Source of the DNA: Squalus acanthias
Taxonomy: Eukaryota
NCBI GenBank assembly: GCA_030390025.1
Contig: CM059431.1
Span: 143,346,001-143,410,000, forward strand
Reading direction: 5' to 3'
DNA length: 64,000 bases
Shown: piece after piece, positions 12,701 to 27,700 of the stretch
How the letters are laid out: each line of letters opens with the position of its first letter
Numbering within the stretch: the first letter of the stretch is position 1
The notes under the pieces: generated by a model
Database searches by the model: none
What the model was told of the DNA's origin: nothing
What the model saw: only the letters and a program-made list of their open reading frames with translations
Translations under genes and position numbers: made by a program

Positions 12701-15700
12701 CTCTGGCGTCCCGGTCAGCAATCTGGACTGGTGTTGATGCCCTCTGTGATGTGCAGCATCAGGAGTTGCAGAACAGGTTGGTGTTGTTGTTGGTGCTGCT
12801 AGTGTGCCTGGTGATGCAGGTTGGGGCTGATCGTGGTGAGACTCTGAGGCCCAAGGTGAGACAGTGTAAACTATACCCATGCTGGTGTAAAAGATGGCAG
12901 GTGAACTTGAGATGACAGAAGCGATCCGTCAATGGTGAGAGATGTTGTTCCAATGAGGTGACACTGGATAGAGAGTTTGCTCCAAACACTTGCAATCTGC
13001 ATAAAGCACAATCTCTCTTCGAAATGCAGGAAGCAACAGCTTCTGCGCTTGGAAATTGAACAGCTGTGAGATGGGAGCTTTTATAGCACATTTCCAGCTG
13101 TCAAGTAATGAGATGATTCTATGGCCATTTAACTCCCGCCCTGTTTACCTGACGTGATCCCCGAGCAGCGTGGACCACGTAGGCGACCTGGTAAACTCTG
13201 AAGGTGAGCTGAAAATAGTTGTTAATCCTCTGTTAATAAGGTCATAATGACCTGAAATGCCCCCCTCGCCGCTGCGTGTCGGGTCTGCTCAGCGCTGACA
13301 GACCCGACAGTTGGGAAAGGCGCTTTGCGGGGGATTGACAGCGGGGTCCCGACCCGCTGGGGAAAAATCCAGTTTCCCACCCGACCTGCCAACCCCTGCA
13401 TAATTATCCCCTTCCTGTCACTGGCAATGAATCTCATTCTGTCCAACTGCGCATATATTCAGGAACTGTCAGTAAATGTATTTATTAAATAAAGTGTTGT
13501 CTGTGTGACGCCTTTAAATGTCCCTCAATTCAGTCTCATTCCCTGATGATCAGAATTACCCTCCTGGAGCGCAGTGACCCGCTGAGACAAGTTTGGGGAA
13601 AATTGTCTCATTTCTGCTGCTCCTTAAATCCTGGATTTTACAGGAATGGGGCGATTTTCCCCCAATTAAATGATAAAGCGGTGATTCCCTGTACTTTATA
13701 CTCTGTGCATTATATGAATCTGTACAATATCCCGGGGTGAGTTATATTGTGGAACGCTCACTGCTGCTGTAAAATCCGTCCCCCAGGATTTTATATAACA
13801 AGGAGAATTTATACTGATTTAAGAACAGAAAATGCTGGAAATACCCAGCAGGTCAGGCAGCATCTATAGAGAGAGAAACAGAGTTAATGTTGCAGGTGGA
13901 ATTCCCTTCGTCAGAACTGGAAAAAGTTACAGATGTAACAGGTTTTTAAGCAAGTGTAGCGGCAGGGAAAGATGGGGGGCGGGGAGCGGAGGAAAGAACA
14001 AAAGGGATGGTCTGTGATAGGGTGGAAGACAGGATAGATTAAAAGACAAAAGGGATGATGGTGCAAGGCAAAAGGAGATGGTAATGGGACAAGTTAATAA
14101 TAAAAAGATGAATCTAGATGAGGTGTGAATAGAAATGGCAGAATCGTCAACAGCTGTCATGCGAGAGGGAAAAAAAGGGAAAAGGAAAAAATATGAATAA
14201 AATAAAAGAGGGGAGGAGTTTATTGTCTGAAATTGTTGAACTCGATGTCGAGTCCAGAGGGCTGTAAAATGCCTAATTGAAAGATGAGGTGCTGTTCCTC
14301 AATCGTATGTTGTACTTTGTTGGAAGAGTGTTAGAGATCGAGAACAGAGAGATCAGAGTGGGATTGGAGCAGAGAATTAAAGCGATAAGCGACCAGAAGC
14401 TCGGGGTGACACTTACGGACCGATCGGAGGTGATCCGCACAGCGGTCGGCCAATCTGCGTCATGTCTCCTCAATGTAGAGGAGGCCACATTGTGAGCAGT
14501 GAATACAGTATACTAAATTGCAAGAAGTACAAGTAAATCGCTGTTTTACCTGGAAGGAGTGTTTGGGGCCCTGGACAGTGGGAAGGGAAGAGGTAAATAG
14601 GCAGTTGTTGCATCTCCTGCGCTTGCATGGAAAGGTGCCGTGGGAAGGGAAAGGGGTGTTGGGGGTGATTGAGGACTGGACCAGGGCGTCATGGAGGGAG
14701 CGCTCCCTTCAGAATTCTGAAAGGGGAGTTGAGGGGAAGATGTGTTTGGTGGTGGGACCACGCTGGACGTGGCGGATGATAATCCGTTGAATGCAGAGGC
14801 TGGTGGGGTGAAAGGTGAGGACAAGGGGAACCCTATCGTGGTTCCGGGAGGGAGGGGAAGGGGTGAGAGCAAAAGTGCGGGAAATAGAATGGACATGGTC
14901 AAGAGCCATGTCAACCACTGCAGAGCGGAATCCTCGGTTGGAGAAAAAGGAAGACATGTCGGAAGCACTAGTATGGAAGGTGGCATCGTCAGAGCAGATG
15001 CGGCATATACAGAAAAACTGCGAGAATGGAGCAGATTCCTTACAGGAAGCGAGGTGGGAGGAAGTGTATTCCAGGTAGCTGTGAGAGTTAGAGGGCTTAA
15101 AGTGAATGTTTGTCAATTGCAGCAATAGAGTTTATTCTGTCCCGTTACAAGTTTTAAATGTCCCTGTGCTCCTAATTTATTGGCGAGGGGAGTCTCTCAC
15201 TTTATTCCCCATTAAACTGGCTCTACAATTATTTCAGGTGCAAATGGCCTGACCGTTTTGGGGGAATTTTCGGAAGTTCCCTCCCCGAGCGGGGCCTCAC
15301 ACACAGGGGACGAATGATGGGGAATTCCCGGGTTCACTGTCCCCGGTTCACCCAGGAGCCGCCCGCTGTGTGCGAGGTCCCACCGCTGGCCGGTGTGTGT
15401 CTGTACTCCGGGGCAACTACCCCACAACACGTTGGATTGGAACCTTTTTACCGGCGGATTTAAGATACTGAATATCAATCTTTACTCAATGTTCAGGACT
15501 GTGTATAATTGTAAACATTTACAGCTGAAAGAATTCCCGATTCCCCAATATTCCCAATCCAGCAAAATAAACCCTTTACAAGGCACAACCTCCAAGTTAT
15601 TGGAGTAAATATCGAACTGTTATTGATTTAAACTTGAGATTCTCTCCTGTTTCCAGTTGAAATGGTGGATGTGGAAAATATTTTAAATTAATTTTATCTT

Positions 15701-18700
15701 TACTGCCAGATTATATTTTATGTTTACCTTCTGCTGTCCAGCCTTATCAAATATGATTTATTGTAATTTATTTATCAGACTCTAAATGACCTGTAATTGC
15801 TGAACTGATAAAGACTGTAAAATCCCTACTTGTTCACAAGGATCCATTTTAGATTCTCCAGTCCTTGGGGAATTACTGACCGATCCTCTTATTATTGGTC
15901 ATATTTGTGTTGAATCTGAATCTCTCTGGTTTAACTGAACTGTTTGTTTCCGTTCATTACGGAGCAACAACACAATCCGTGACTGTTCTACAATTCACCC
16001 AATAGTTAGAGACAAATAAACAGTTACCTCAAAACCCGGCATTTGTGCAGTACGGGTCCCAGCCGCTGGAGTCCTTCACACTGTATGAAGCAGAATGCAA
16101 GATCGAGATGTTTTATTGTATCACAGAGTCCAATAACATGAGACAGGACCGCAGAGTCAATCGGGGTCAATGTCAATCGACTAAATGAAAGTGATTCCAC
16201 AGATCCCACTGTGGCCCGAGCCAGTGCTGTATTCTGAGACTCAAACAGGTAGTGGAATGTGTTCAGGAGGTCCCTTTTACCAGTTTCACTCGATGTGTTT
16301 CCAATCTTTCTTTCAACATTCTCCTTCACCCAGTCAATCACTCGGCAGGTGGTTTGATGAAGAAATGGACCCAGAAACTCCTCCAGGGGCCGAGCTGCCT
16401 GTGGGGAGGAGAGACCAGCAACAAAACGGAGAAATATCTCAAATCGCCCATCTTCATTGCTGTGGGCTTCTCTGAGAAGTTTCAGGGTGTCCCCAGGATC
16501 TGGAGTCAGGAATTGTGCGAGTGCGGCTACAAACTCTTGGATGGTGAGGTGCGGGAATGTGTACACCACGCTCTGGGCAGAATCATCTCTCTCCAAAAGT
16601 TCCATCATGAACCCAGACAGGAATTGCGAAGGTTGCAGATTGTACTTGATCAAATCTCCATGACTAAACACAATCTTCTTCTCGGAGACTCCTGTGAAGG
16701 CCATCTCCCCGACCTTCAGTAACACATCACGGGGGCTTTCAATCTCTCGGCCATGGTTTTTCAGAATGTTGTAAATATAGTAGGAATATAGTTGGGTGAT
16801 GGTCTTGGGAACTCGCTGCTGATTCCTGTATCTTTGTGTAAAGAAGGGACCCAGTGACAGACCGAGGATCCAGCAGTAGGAAGGGTTGTAGCACATGGTG
16901 TACAGGATCTCGTTCTCCTCCACATGTTTGAAAACAGCTCCTGCCACCGTCTGATCGTCAAAAAACTTGTTGAAATATTCCTTCCGTTCTTCACCGACAA
17001 ATCCCAGGATTTCAGCCCAGACACTGATCTCAGCCTTTTCCAATAAATGTAATGCAGTGGGGCGGCTTGTCACTAGCACTGAACATCCTGGGAGCAGCTT
17101 GTGCTGTATTAAACTATACACAATGTCAGACACTTCACACCAGCATTCGGGATCTGTGCACATGTGCTGAGGTTCTGTATTTCTCCGATTGTCAGCAAAA
17201 TCGATGCTCTCCTTGAATTCATCCAAACCATCGAATATAAAAAGCAATTCCTCTGGGTTCTTCCAGAGCTCTCCCAGAATATTCCCAAAGTAAGGATACT
17301 GATCCAGTATCAGATTCCTCAGGTTTATTCTACAGTTAATAGCATTCAAATCCCGGAATTTAAAACTGAAGACAAATTGAAAGTGTGGGTATATTTTCCC
17401 AGTGGACCAGTCATGAACAATCTTTTGTACCATCGTTGTTTTTCCAATCCCCGGGACTCCGCTCACTGCTGATGAACTCCCAGATTTGGATTCTCTCCGG
17501 GAGAAACTGCTGTGGAACAATTGATCAGTTCGAATTTTCTCCAGTTCTCCCCGGAGATGTTTCTCTCTCCACTCTTCATGGTCCCGGCCTCTTGCCAGCA
17601 GTTCATGTTCGACAAGTGTCCGATCTCGAACAGTAGAAATGACCGTTAGCTCAGCGTATCGATCAACCAGCTGGAAAATCTTAACCTTCTCCTTTATTAG
17701 GATAGTGTTCACTCTCAGTGTTTCAGTTTGTACCCGCAGTGTTTCCTTGTGTTTCTGTTGAATATCTTCAATTAGAAAGTGTTTTTCAATGTTAGTTGTA
17801 TTGCCAAAAAACAACTTCTCAATACTATTTAATGTTCAGTAAAATATTGCAAGATTTAATTCACAGCTTCAATAGAGGTGCGTGTAGAAATTTAACTCAG
17901 TTGATGGAAACCTCATTTGAAAGTGAACAATGGCAGAGAAAAGATTCAATTCCTCACTTGATTCTAATATTCACTGAACATGGAGATTTCTATGAAGGTG
18001 ATATTTTCCCTCTAATGGCCATTACTATCCGGCCTGCCCTGTACTCTCGACAGCTCATTATAAATCCACACATGATCCTGTTTATACGATAGTAGAGGTT
18101 CTAGTGGATCAATCTCTGAAACCGTCAGTGGTGCTTCCCTTCTGCCGCAGTGGAAAACGGGATTGGTTGCTCACCGAGAGGGACAATGTGCAGAAGATCC
18201 GCCGTTAGTGTGTGAAACCCTGGGCAGGTTATCTGGGTTAGTGTGGGCACTGGGAGAGGGACAGACTGTGAATGGACAGAAGTTGCAGCATTAGTGTGTC
18301 AGACCTTGGGCAGTTTATCTGGGGTAGTGTGGTCACTTGCAGAGGGACAGACTGTGAATTTACAGAAGTTGCACCGTTAGTGTGTCTGACCTTGGGCAGG
18401 TTATCTGGGGAGGTGTGGGCACTGGGAGAGGGACAGACAGTGAATGGACAGAAGTTGCACCATTAGTGTGTCAGACCTTGGGCAGGTTATCTGGGGTCGT
18501 GTGGGCACTGGGAGAGGAACAGAATATGAATGTACAGATTTTCACCCGTTAGTGTGTCTGGTCCTAGGCAGGTTATCTGGGGCAGTGTGGGCACTGGGAG
18601 AGGGACAGACAGTGAATATACAGAAGTTACACCGTTGGTGTGTCAGTCATTGGGCAGGTTATCTGGAGTAGTGTTGACACTGGGAGGGGGACAGACTGAA

Positions 18701-21700
18701 TGGACAGAAATTCCACCGTTAAGTGTCAGACCTTGGGCAGGTTATCTGGGGCAGTGTGGGCACTAGGAGAGGGAGAGACTGTGAATGGACAGAAGTTCCA
18801 CAGTTTGTGTGTCACTACTTCACTCTTTCCTATTTCTGAACGATTTTTCCGACAGTTTATGCTGGAATAGAAGCACAGGGGCACAGTAACTTGCACATCA
18901 GGCTCAAGGTCCTTTCATTCAGGTGTGTATGATGTTTCACAGTGTATCGGGATCCGTCCATGTCTGTATGGGGTTTTACAGTGTATCGGAATCCTGCCAG
19001 GTGTGTATGGGGTTTTACAGTGTATCGGAATCCTGCCAGGTGTGTATGGGGTTTCACAGTGTATTAGGATCCTCCCAAATGTGTATGGGGTTTCACAGTG
19101 TATCAGGATCCTGCCAGGTGTGTATGGGGTTTCACAGTGTATCAGGATCCTGCCAGGTGTGTATGGGGTTTCACAGTGTATCAGGATCCTGCCAGGTGTG
19201 TATGGGGTTTCACAGTGTATCGGGATCCTGCCAGGTGTGTATGGGGTTTCAGTTTAAAAGGATCCTGCCAGGTGTGTATGGGGTTTCACAGTGTATCAGG
19301 ATCCTGCCAGGTATGTAGTGGGTTTCACCGTGTATCGGGATCCTGCCAGGTGTGTATGGTGTTTCACAGTGTATCAGGATCCTGCCAGGTGTGTATGGGG
19401 TTTCAGAGTGTATCAGGATCCTGCCAGTTGTGTATGGGGTTTCACAATGTATCAAGGTCCTGCCAGGTGTGTTTGGGGTTTCACAGTGAATCAGGATCCT
19501 GCCAGGTGTGTATGAGGTTTCACAGTGTATCAGGATCCTGCCAGATGTGTATGGGGTTTCACAGTGTATCAGGATCCTGCCAGGTGTACATGGGGTTTCA
19601 CAGTGTATCAGGATCCTGCCAGGTGTATATGTGGTTTTACAGTGTGTAAGGGTCCTGCCAGGTGTGTATGGGGTTTCCCGTGTATCGGGATACTGCCAGG
19701 TGTGTATGGGGTTTCACCGTGTATCAGGATCCTGCCAGGTGTGTTTGGGGTTACGCAGCGTATCAGGATCCTGGCAGGTGTGTATGGGGTTTCACAGTGT
19801 TTCAGGATCCTGCCAGGTGTGTATGCGGTTTCACAGTGTATCGAGTTCCTGCCAGGTGTGTGGGGTTTTACAGTGTATCAGGATCCTGCCAGGTGTGTAT
19901 GGGGTTTCACAGTGTATCAGGATCCTGCCAGGTGTTTATGGGGTTTCACAGTGTATCGGGATCCTGCCAGGTGTTTATAAGTCTTCACAAGTGATAGAGA
20001 TCAGCAGCTGGATTTAGTGAAATGATGCCACATCCGCATATTTAAAGTAAACGTCAGAAAACTTCGGAATTGTAATTTGAACCTATACAGAATAGTTTTG
20101 GAATGATGACAAATGTAAATGACGTTCACTCTCATTTTTCCAGGTTTGAAATTCTGATTCCGAGGTTCCGACAACCTCTAAACAATTGGCCACTGTCAAA
20201 CATTGTGATTCTCACATGTGAAATAAAAGTTTTTAAATCTTCATTTCCTCACTTACCTTTCAGGTGAGTGGGTACTTTGGATAAGCCTCGTGCGATGTTC
20301 ATGTAATCAAATGGATCAGAATCTGTTTAAATCAATTAACTTTCATGAAATCAGATCTGTGTAATATTATAGTAAAGTCTTCAGTGTTTAAATTAATATT
20401 TGTGTTGAGTGTGTGTTTTTACCGTACCAAGTTCCTGTATATCTTTCAGTATTTTGTTCAGCTTTGGCACCCCATGGCGCATTTTCACAAAGGATTCCCA
20501 CATCACCCTTCGGGCCAGAGAGCCTTTCTCCATCACCAGTTTCAGGAGAAGTTTGGAACTGTCCGCCCGGTTTCCCTTCTCCACGAGATCAGTGACTTTC
20601 TGTAAAGAATAATAATGAATATATTGAGGAGCGGAGTGAAAGATAAACACCGAGAATGAGAAGGAAATGATCTGCACAGTGATGGGATCTCTCAGTTGTT
20701 TTCAGCAGAGAAAACAGTCACTGGGCCGGGTACTGATCCATTCTGAACATGGGCTGAATATTCAGTCAACATCTTGATTCACCATTAACGACAAAGAAAT
20801 GTGATGAATTTTAGTTCTAGGAGAGAAAGGAATCACTGAGAATCTGCAGCAGTTTGAATGTGATTAGTTTTCTCTCTCCTTTCGTGTCCAACATGACATC
20901 AGATTACTGATTGACGATATGATTCACTCGTTTCTCACATTTTTTCCTGCTGCCCCACTTTGTGATTTAATTAGAAATAAAGCAGTAGCGAGTCAGAACT
21001 CCAGTTACAGGGAAGGAACGAATCTGAAGTGAGAGAAGCAGCTAGAAAACTTTCTGAGATATTATCGCTGACTAATTGAAACAATCGCTGTTGATGTATA
21101 GAGCCGGAGAATCGAACAATTAAAATAAATATGAAAAATCAAATCATTTGTTCCCTCGGTAACTGAAATGTCTTGGCACCCATTATTTGACACATCCGCT
21201 GCCGGTCTGAAACCTCGGTAACCGGGAACAGATATCCAGCAATGAGGTTGGTGGGGTCAGGACTTTCTTCATCAAAGCTTACATTTATATAACGCCTTTA
21301 AAGCAGAAAATAAATAGTTGAAAGGCACTTCACAGAGGTGCAATCAGACAATGCACACAGATGACGAGGCGTCGAGAACGATAGTGTGTTCGTTATATTA
21401 CTGGACGAGTAATCCACAGACAACGGTTCAATGCAATTCGTGGTCGTTTCCTGAATTTATATTCGAATTTGAAATATTTCGAAATAAATAGCTGATATTA
21501 GTAAAGATTGTCGGAAAACCTAATGTCCTTTACGCTTGGTCTATACATGACTCCAGTCCTTCACCAATGTGGTGGCCTCTGAAATGGCGGAGAAAGCCTT
21601 TGGAAAGAAAGATATAGAAGAATAAAACCGGGCGGACCGCTCGGCTTCGGCACTGGATTCAGAGACGACAAAGGAACACCCAGCCCAGTCAACCCTGTAA

Positions 21701-24700
21701 AGCCCTCCTCACTAACTCCTGGGGACTTGTGCCAAAGTAGGGAGAACTGGACCACACATTACTAAATCAAATTTTTCACGTAGTAATACTTATAAAATCA
21801 TATTTATTAGCCAACGGCCCAGGCACCTCCATCAGCAATTCCTGTCCCACCGGCAGGACAGACCCACCAGTGGTGGGCCACAGTGATATACCCTCAGATG
21901 CAAGTGCCCTGGGAATCATTAACTTTGATCGGTGTTTCCTGTCTCACCGGCAGGACAGGCCCACCAGTGGTGGGGCACAGTGATAGACACTCAGATGCAA
22001 GTGCCCTGGGAATCATTAACATTGACTCCGGAGCCAAGGAAATCTCATGACTTCAGGTCAAACATGGGCAAGGAAACCTGCTGATTACCACCTTCTGCCC
22101 TCCCTCAGCCGATGAATCAGTACTCCTCCATTTTTAACACAACTTGGAGGAAGCACTAAAGGTGACATAAGGTCCAGAATGTACAGTAGGTGGGAGGTTT
22201 AATGCCACTTCCCCCGCATTCCGAAATCAAGAAACAAATGAATGTACTAGGTACAGCAAATGCTAAAAGGTCCCGTCAACATTCTGGCTGTGGTGTTGAA
22301 GATCTGTGCTCTGGAACTAACCGCACCTCTAGTCAAGTTGTTCCAGCACATCCACAGCACTGGTATCTACACGACAATGTAGAGAATTGTCCAAGTTTGT
22401 CCTGTCTACATAGAGCAGGACAAATCCAACCCGATCAATTACCCCTCTATCAGCCTGCTCTCAATCATCATCAAAGTGTTGAAGGAGTTAACAACACTGC
22501 TATTAAGCAGCACTTAATCACAAATAAGCTGCTCACCGACACTCAGTTTGAGTTCCACCAGGACCAATCAGCTCCAAACAAGGACCAAAGAGCTGAATTC
22601 CAGCTGTGAGGTGAGAGTGACTGTGCTCGACATCAAGGCAGTGTTCGACGTGTGTGGCCCCAAGGAGTGTGGTTGTTGGAGGCGAATCGTCTCAGCACCA
22701 GGACATCACTGCAGGAGTTCCTCGGGGCAGAGTCTTCGGACGAACCATTTCAGCTGCTCCGTCAATTACCTTCCCTCCATCATAAAGCCAGGAGTGGGGA
22801 TGTTCTCTGATGATTTAGTGTTCAGCTCCATTTTCAATTCGTCAGATAATGAAGCGGTCCATGCTCGCATGCAGCAAGTCCTGGACAAAATCTAGGCTTG
22901 GGCGGACAAGAGACAAGTAATATTCGCGCCCCACAAGTGTCAGGCAATGCCCATCTCCCACAAGAGAGACCAACCATGTCCCTTTGTCATTCACTGGCAT
23001 TGCCATCGTCAAATCCCTACAATTGACTAGCCACAACAAAACTCTTGGCTGCTAGAGCAGGTCAGTGGTTGAGTAGTCTGTGGCGAGTGGCACACCTCCT
23101 GGCCACCCAGGAGTCTCTCCTGCATCTACAAGGTACAACTGCGGTGTGTGATGGAAAACTCTCCACTTGCCTGGATAGGTACAGCTGCAACAACACTCAA
23201 GATGCTCCACTCAATCCATGACAGAGAAATACGCTTCATCGGCTGCCCACCCACCACGTTAAACATCGAATCCCTCCACCACCGGTGCACCATAGCTGCA
23301 GTGTGTACTATTTACAGAAAGAACTGCAGCAGTTCACCAAGGCTTCTCTGCCAGCACCTCTCAAACCCGCGGCCTCTGCTACCTAGAAGGACAAGAGCAG
23401 CATCCGCATGGAAACACCACTACCTCCAAGTTTCACTTCAAGTAACATACGATCCTGACTTGAACATATATCGCCGTTCCTTCATCGTCAGTGTAAATTA
23501 GAGCCAAAACGCCCAGCGCCCTCTAGAGGGAACAGGAGAAGCGACTGTATGTTTCCTTAACCAATCAGCTTGAAGAATCCTTACGCAAAGTCTGAACCAG
23601 GAAGTCTTAGTTAGAATATAGAATGCAATGTCAAATCACATGCAGAAAGTGAAAGAAAGATTGGATTCAGAATGCATCTCACTGCAACATACAAAATTCT
23701 TACAGGGCTTGACAGGGTAGATGCAGGGAGGATGCTTCCCCTGGCTGGGGAGTCTGCAAGCAGGGGTCACAGTCTCAGAAAAAGGGGTCGGCCATTTAGT
23801 CCTGAGATAAGGAGAAATTTCTTCACTCAGAGGGTGGTGAATCTTTGGAATTCTCTACCCCAGAGGGCTGTGGAGACTAAGTCGTTGAGTATATTCAAGA
23901 CAGAGATCGATAGATTTTTGAATCTTCAGGGAATCAAGGGATAGGTGGATAGTGCAGGAAAGAGGGGATGAGGTAGAAGATCAGCCATGATCTTATTGAA
24001 TGGCGGAACAGGCTCGAAGAGATAAATGTCCCACTCCTGCTAATATTTCTTATCTTCTTATGTTCAGAGGGAGCGAAAAAAGAGACAGAAAGAAAAGGTA
24101 CAAACATTATTGAATTTTGTTTGTACAGCTCCAACAATAATTAAAATCCGAAGGAATGAAACTCCACACTTGTAAAAGTTAATTGTTTGTGCCAGAGAGG
24201 TTGTCTGGCATTAGTTAAGACTGATCACGCCGTTAAACAAATAATTACACTGGAATAGGCAAGCCCCGACTTTTCCTGGTGAGTTCCGTGTGTATCTATC
24301 AGGCAAGTACAGTAATGTTACGCCGTTCCATGCATTTCAATGGCGAGTCTCTCGGCGAGATACCATTCTCGTGCAGCTTTGGGAGCGCAGGGCAACTCGG
24401 ACAGGACCTGCACGATTTTCGTGTTTAACTCCGCATGTGCGGTCGCTGGAAGTTACTGTCCAATGTACACTTTATTAACAGTGAGCGCTGTTAACCCCAC
24501 CGTTATTTCTACCGCAAAATCTAGCCTATTACAAGAATATGAAACTACCACTATGTCATCCCCCAGTCACTCACTCCGTGAACAAAATGGTGCAGAAACC
24601 AAACCATTAAAGCGAGCGGACGGCAAATGACAGACTGAATAATCTCAATTTCCACATGTTCCCCCCTAGGGAGTGACGTTCCACACCAAGAGCACAGGAG

Positions 24701-27700
24701 CAGGTAATTTACCCAGTTGTGTACAGGTTTGGAAACTCCATTTATAGGATGTAAAAGCAATGGATAAACTGGCGTGCACAATCACATGGATGTTACCAGG
24801 GCTGTGGAGTTACTGTTAGAGATGCGATTTGAGAAGGTTGGGCTCATTCCACCAGAGGTGAGCAGATTAAGTGAGGAGTTGCTGCAAGTCTTCAGATTCT
24901 GAAGAGTTATGATCAAAAAAATAGTTACGGATAGTTTCCACTGATTGGCCAGCGGGCACATATTTGGGCTAATTCGAAGAATTGGGGTGAACGTTGATAA
25001 ATTTATTTACACGTGAGGTGGTTAGAAAGCATAATTCAATCCCACAAACTATTGTGGAAGCAAGTCGACATTTTATTGATAAAATCAATTTCTATTGCTG
25101 CGTGGATAGAAAGAAATGTTGGAGTATGAGGTGTGAACAGAAGAATACAGCTGGACTAATTGGGATAATAACCATAATGCGGCCAGCAGGAGGTTGGGAT
25201 TAGACTATGTGGGATATTAACGGTAATGGGCAGTGAGCAGGAGGTTGGGATTTCACTAGGTGGGATATTAACGGTAATGGGTAGTGAGCAGGAGGTTGGG
25301 ATTAGACTATGTGGGATATTAACGGTAATGGGTAGTGAGCAGGAGGTTGGGATTAGACTATGTGGGATATTAACGGTAATGGGTAGTGAGCAGGAGGTTG
25401 GGATTTCACTAGGTGGGATATTAACGGTAATGGGTAGTGAGCAGGAGGTTGGGATTAGACTATGTGGGATATTAACGGTAATGGGCAGTGAGCAGGAGGT
25501 TGGGATTTCACTAGGTGGGATATTAACGGTAATGGGTAGTGAGCAGGAGGTTGGGATTAGATTAGGTGGGATATTAACGGTAATTGGCAGTGACCAGGAT
25601 GTTGGGATTAGACTAGGTGGGATATTAACGGTAATGGGTAGTGAGCAGGAGGTTGGGATTAGACTAGGTGGGATATTAACGGTAATGGGTAGTGAGCAGG
25701 AGGTTGAGATTAGACTAGGTGGGATATTAACAGTAATGGGTAGTGAGCAGGAGGTTGGGATTAGACTAGGTGGGATATTAATAGTAATGGGCAGTGACCA
25801 GGATGTTGGGATTAGACTAGGTGGGATATTAACGGTAATGGGTAGTGAGCAGGTGGTTGGGATTAGACTAGGTGTGATATTAACGGTAATGGGTAGTGAG
25901 CAGGAGGTTGAGATTAGACTAGGTGGGATATTAACAGTAATGGGTAGTGAGCAGGAGGTTGGGATTAGACTAGGTGGGATATTAATAGTAATGGGCAGTG
26001 AGCAGGAGGTAGGGATTAGACTAGGTGTAATATTAATAGTAATGGGTAGTGAGCAGGAGGTTGGGATTAGACTAGGTGGGATATTAATAGTAATGGGCAG
26101 TGAGCAGGAGGTAGGGATTAGACTAGGTGGGATATTAATAGTAATGGGTAGTGAGCAGGCGGTTGGGAGTAGACTAGGTGGGATATTAACAGTAACCAGT
26201 AATGAGCAGGAGATTGGGTTTAAACTAGGCGGGATATTAACGGTAATGGATATTGAGCAAAAGGTTGGGCTTAGACTAGGTGGGATATTAACAGTAATGG
26301 GTAGTGAACAGGAGGTTGGGATTAGATTGGTAGGATATTAAATGTAATGAGTAGTGAGCAGGAGGTTGGGATTGGAATAGTTGGTATATTAACGGTGATG
26401 GGTAGTGAGTAGGATGTTGGGATTAGATTGGTGGGATATTAAAAGTAATGGGTGGTGAGCAGGAGTTTGGGATTAGACTAGGTGGGATAGTAAAAGTAAT
26501 GGGTAGTGAATAGGAGGTTTGGGATTAGACGAGGTGGGATATAAACGGTAATGGGTAGTCAGAAGGAAGTTCGGATTAGACTAGTTGGGATATTAACAAT
26601 AATGAGTAATGAGCTGAAGTTTGGGATGAGAGTAAATTTCCTAGATTCTCAAGTTGGAAAGTTGGCAGCAGGTCGACCGTCCATTATACACCCTGCCTGA
26701 TTATCATTTCTATTTAGTTCTATTCCATTAAATGTAACTGACAGAACAGTTCAGGCTGCTTGCTGTAATTTCCTGAAGTGTTCTCCCGGGGAGTGACGCT
26801 CCACCACAGGTTCTACCGCCCGGATTGAGTCTCTGCCGAAGTTGGAATTAACTTCCGGTGATGCAGGGGGAGGAAAAACCTGCACAGCATCGGGTTTTAA
26901 ATTCAGATTTTTTGGGGATTAGATTTCTTGTTCGGGTCTCATACATTTTAACCATTTTACCATTTTGTTTTTGTTCTTGAAATGACTCTCATTTACTCCA
27001 CAGATGATTTGTGTCATCTCTCGGTTCCTTAATTTACGTTAAGTAGTTTCCAGGTCAGTAAACTCATGACCTTCCCTTTAATCCCTGTCTGTTGCCTCTG
27101 GTCTCTCCTTTTCCCAGTCCCCCTAAAACTGTTTCCCTTTGTTTTCAGTCCACACAAGAGTTATACCTGAACCGTTCCCCTGTGCTTTGTACAGATACGG
27201 ACGGACCCGCTGGGTATTTTCACCTCTTCGTATCATTGTTTCAGATTCACAATATTTTCAGTTTTATCTATTTATTTCCTATTTGAAGTGTTTCTCTTCT
27301 GTAACATTCTGTGATTCTAAGATCTGATATCCTGTCAGTTCTGTGATGTTTAAATAATCCAAAATCATTCTGTGTCCCTCCCACTCACCCGATGTTCTTG
27401 TCCACTGAAATGTCTCTCGTATGTTAACAACAAGCTGACACCGTCCACCCCTCCTTCAATCGCCTGTTCCAGTCTGTCCCGGTAGAATTTTGTGAACTGG
27501 AACAGTTGGTAATCGTCGCACTTTGTCAAGAACTCAGTGATTGTAGAGTTTGGATCTGTGAACACAAATGGAGAAAACTAAACACATTATCCACTTTCTA
27601 CCCAGGCGGCTCACATTTCATCGTATACCAAACAGCTAAAGCTTCCTGTGAGCCACATTATCAAAAACCTTCTGATAACCCACATATACAGCGCATGTAC

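Noticed and set aside
16185..17636. Plus-strand ORFs overlapping the NACHT exons (also 62523-63890)
   Set aside because: Antisense shadows of the coding exon; their similarity between loci follows from the duplication.
17766..17814. ORF-track N-terminus [16 protein letters not shown] of the NACHT ORF
   Set aside because: Intronic read-through upstream of the acceptor at 17766-17767; likewise the 63971 'start' is an internal TTG.
18923..20017. Cys-rich repetitive ORFs in all frames
   Set aside because: Artefact of the 39-bp minisatellite; the same applies to ORFs at 5144-6520, 35721-36538 and 38599-39046.
23514..23529. CTCF-like motif CCTCTAGAGGGCGCTG (minus strand)
   Set aside because: A single motif match in a probable repeat remnant, unsupported without ChIP or conservation data.
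25226..26341. 371-aa ORF of 17-aa repeats ([17 protein letters not shown])
   Set aside because: It is the translation of a 51-bp minisatellite in an intron on the opposite strand; the array continues past stop codons and I see no gene structure.
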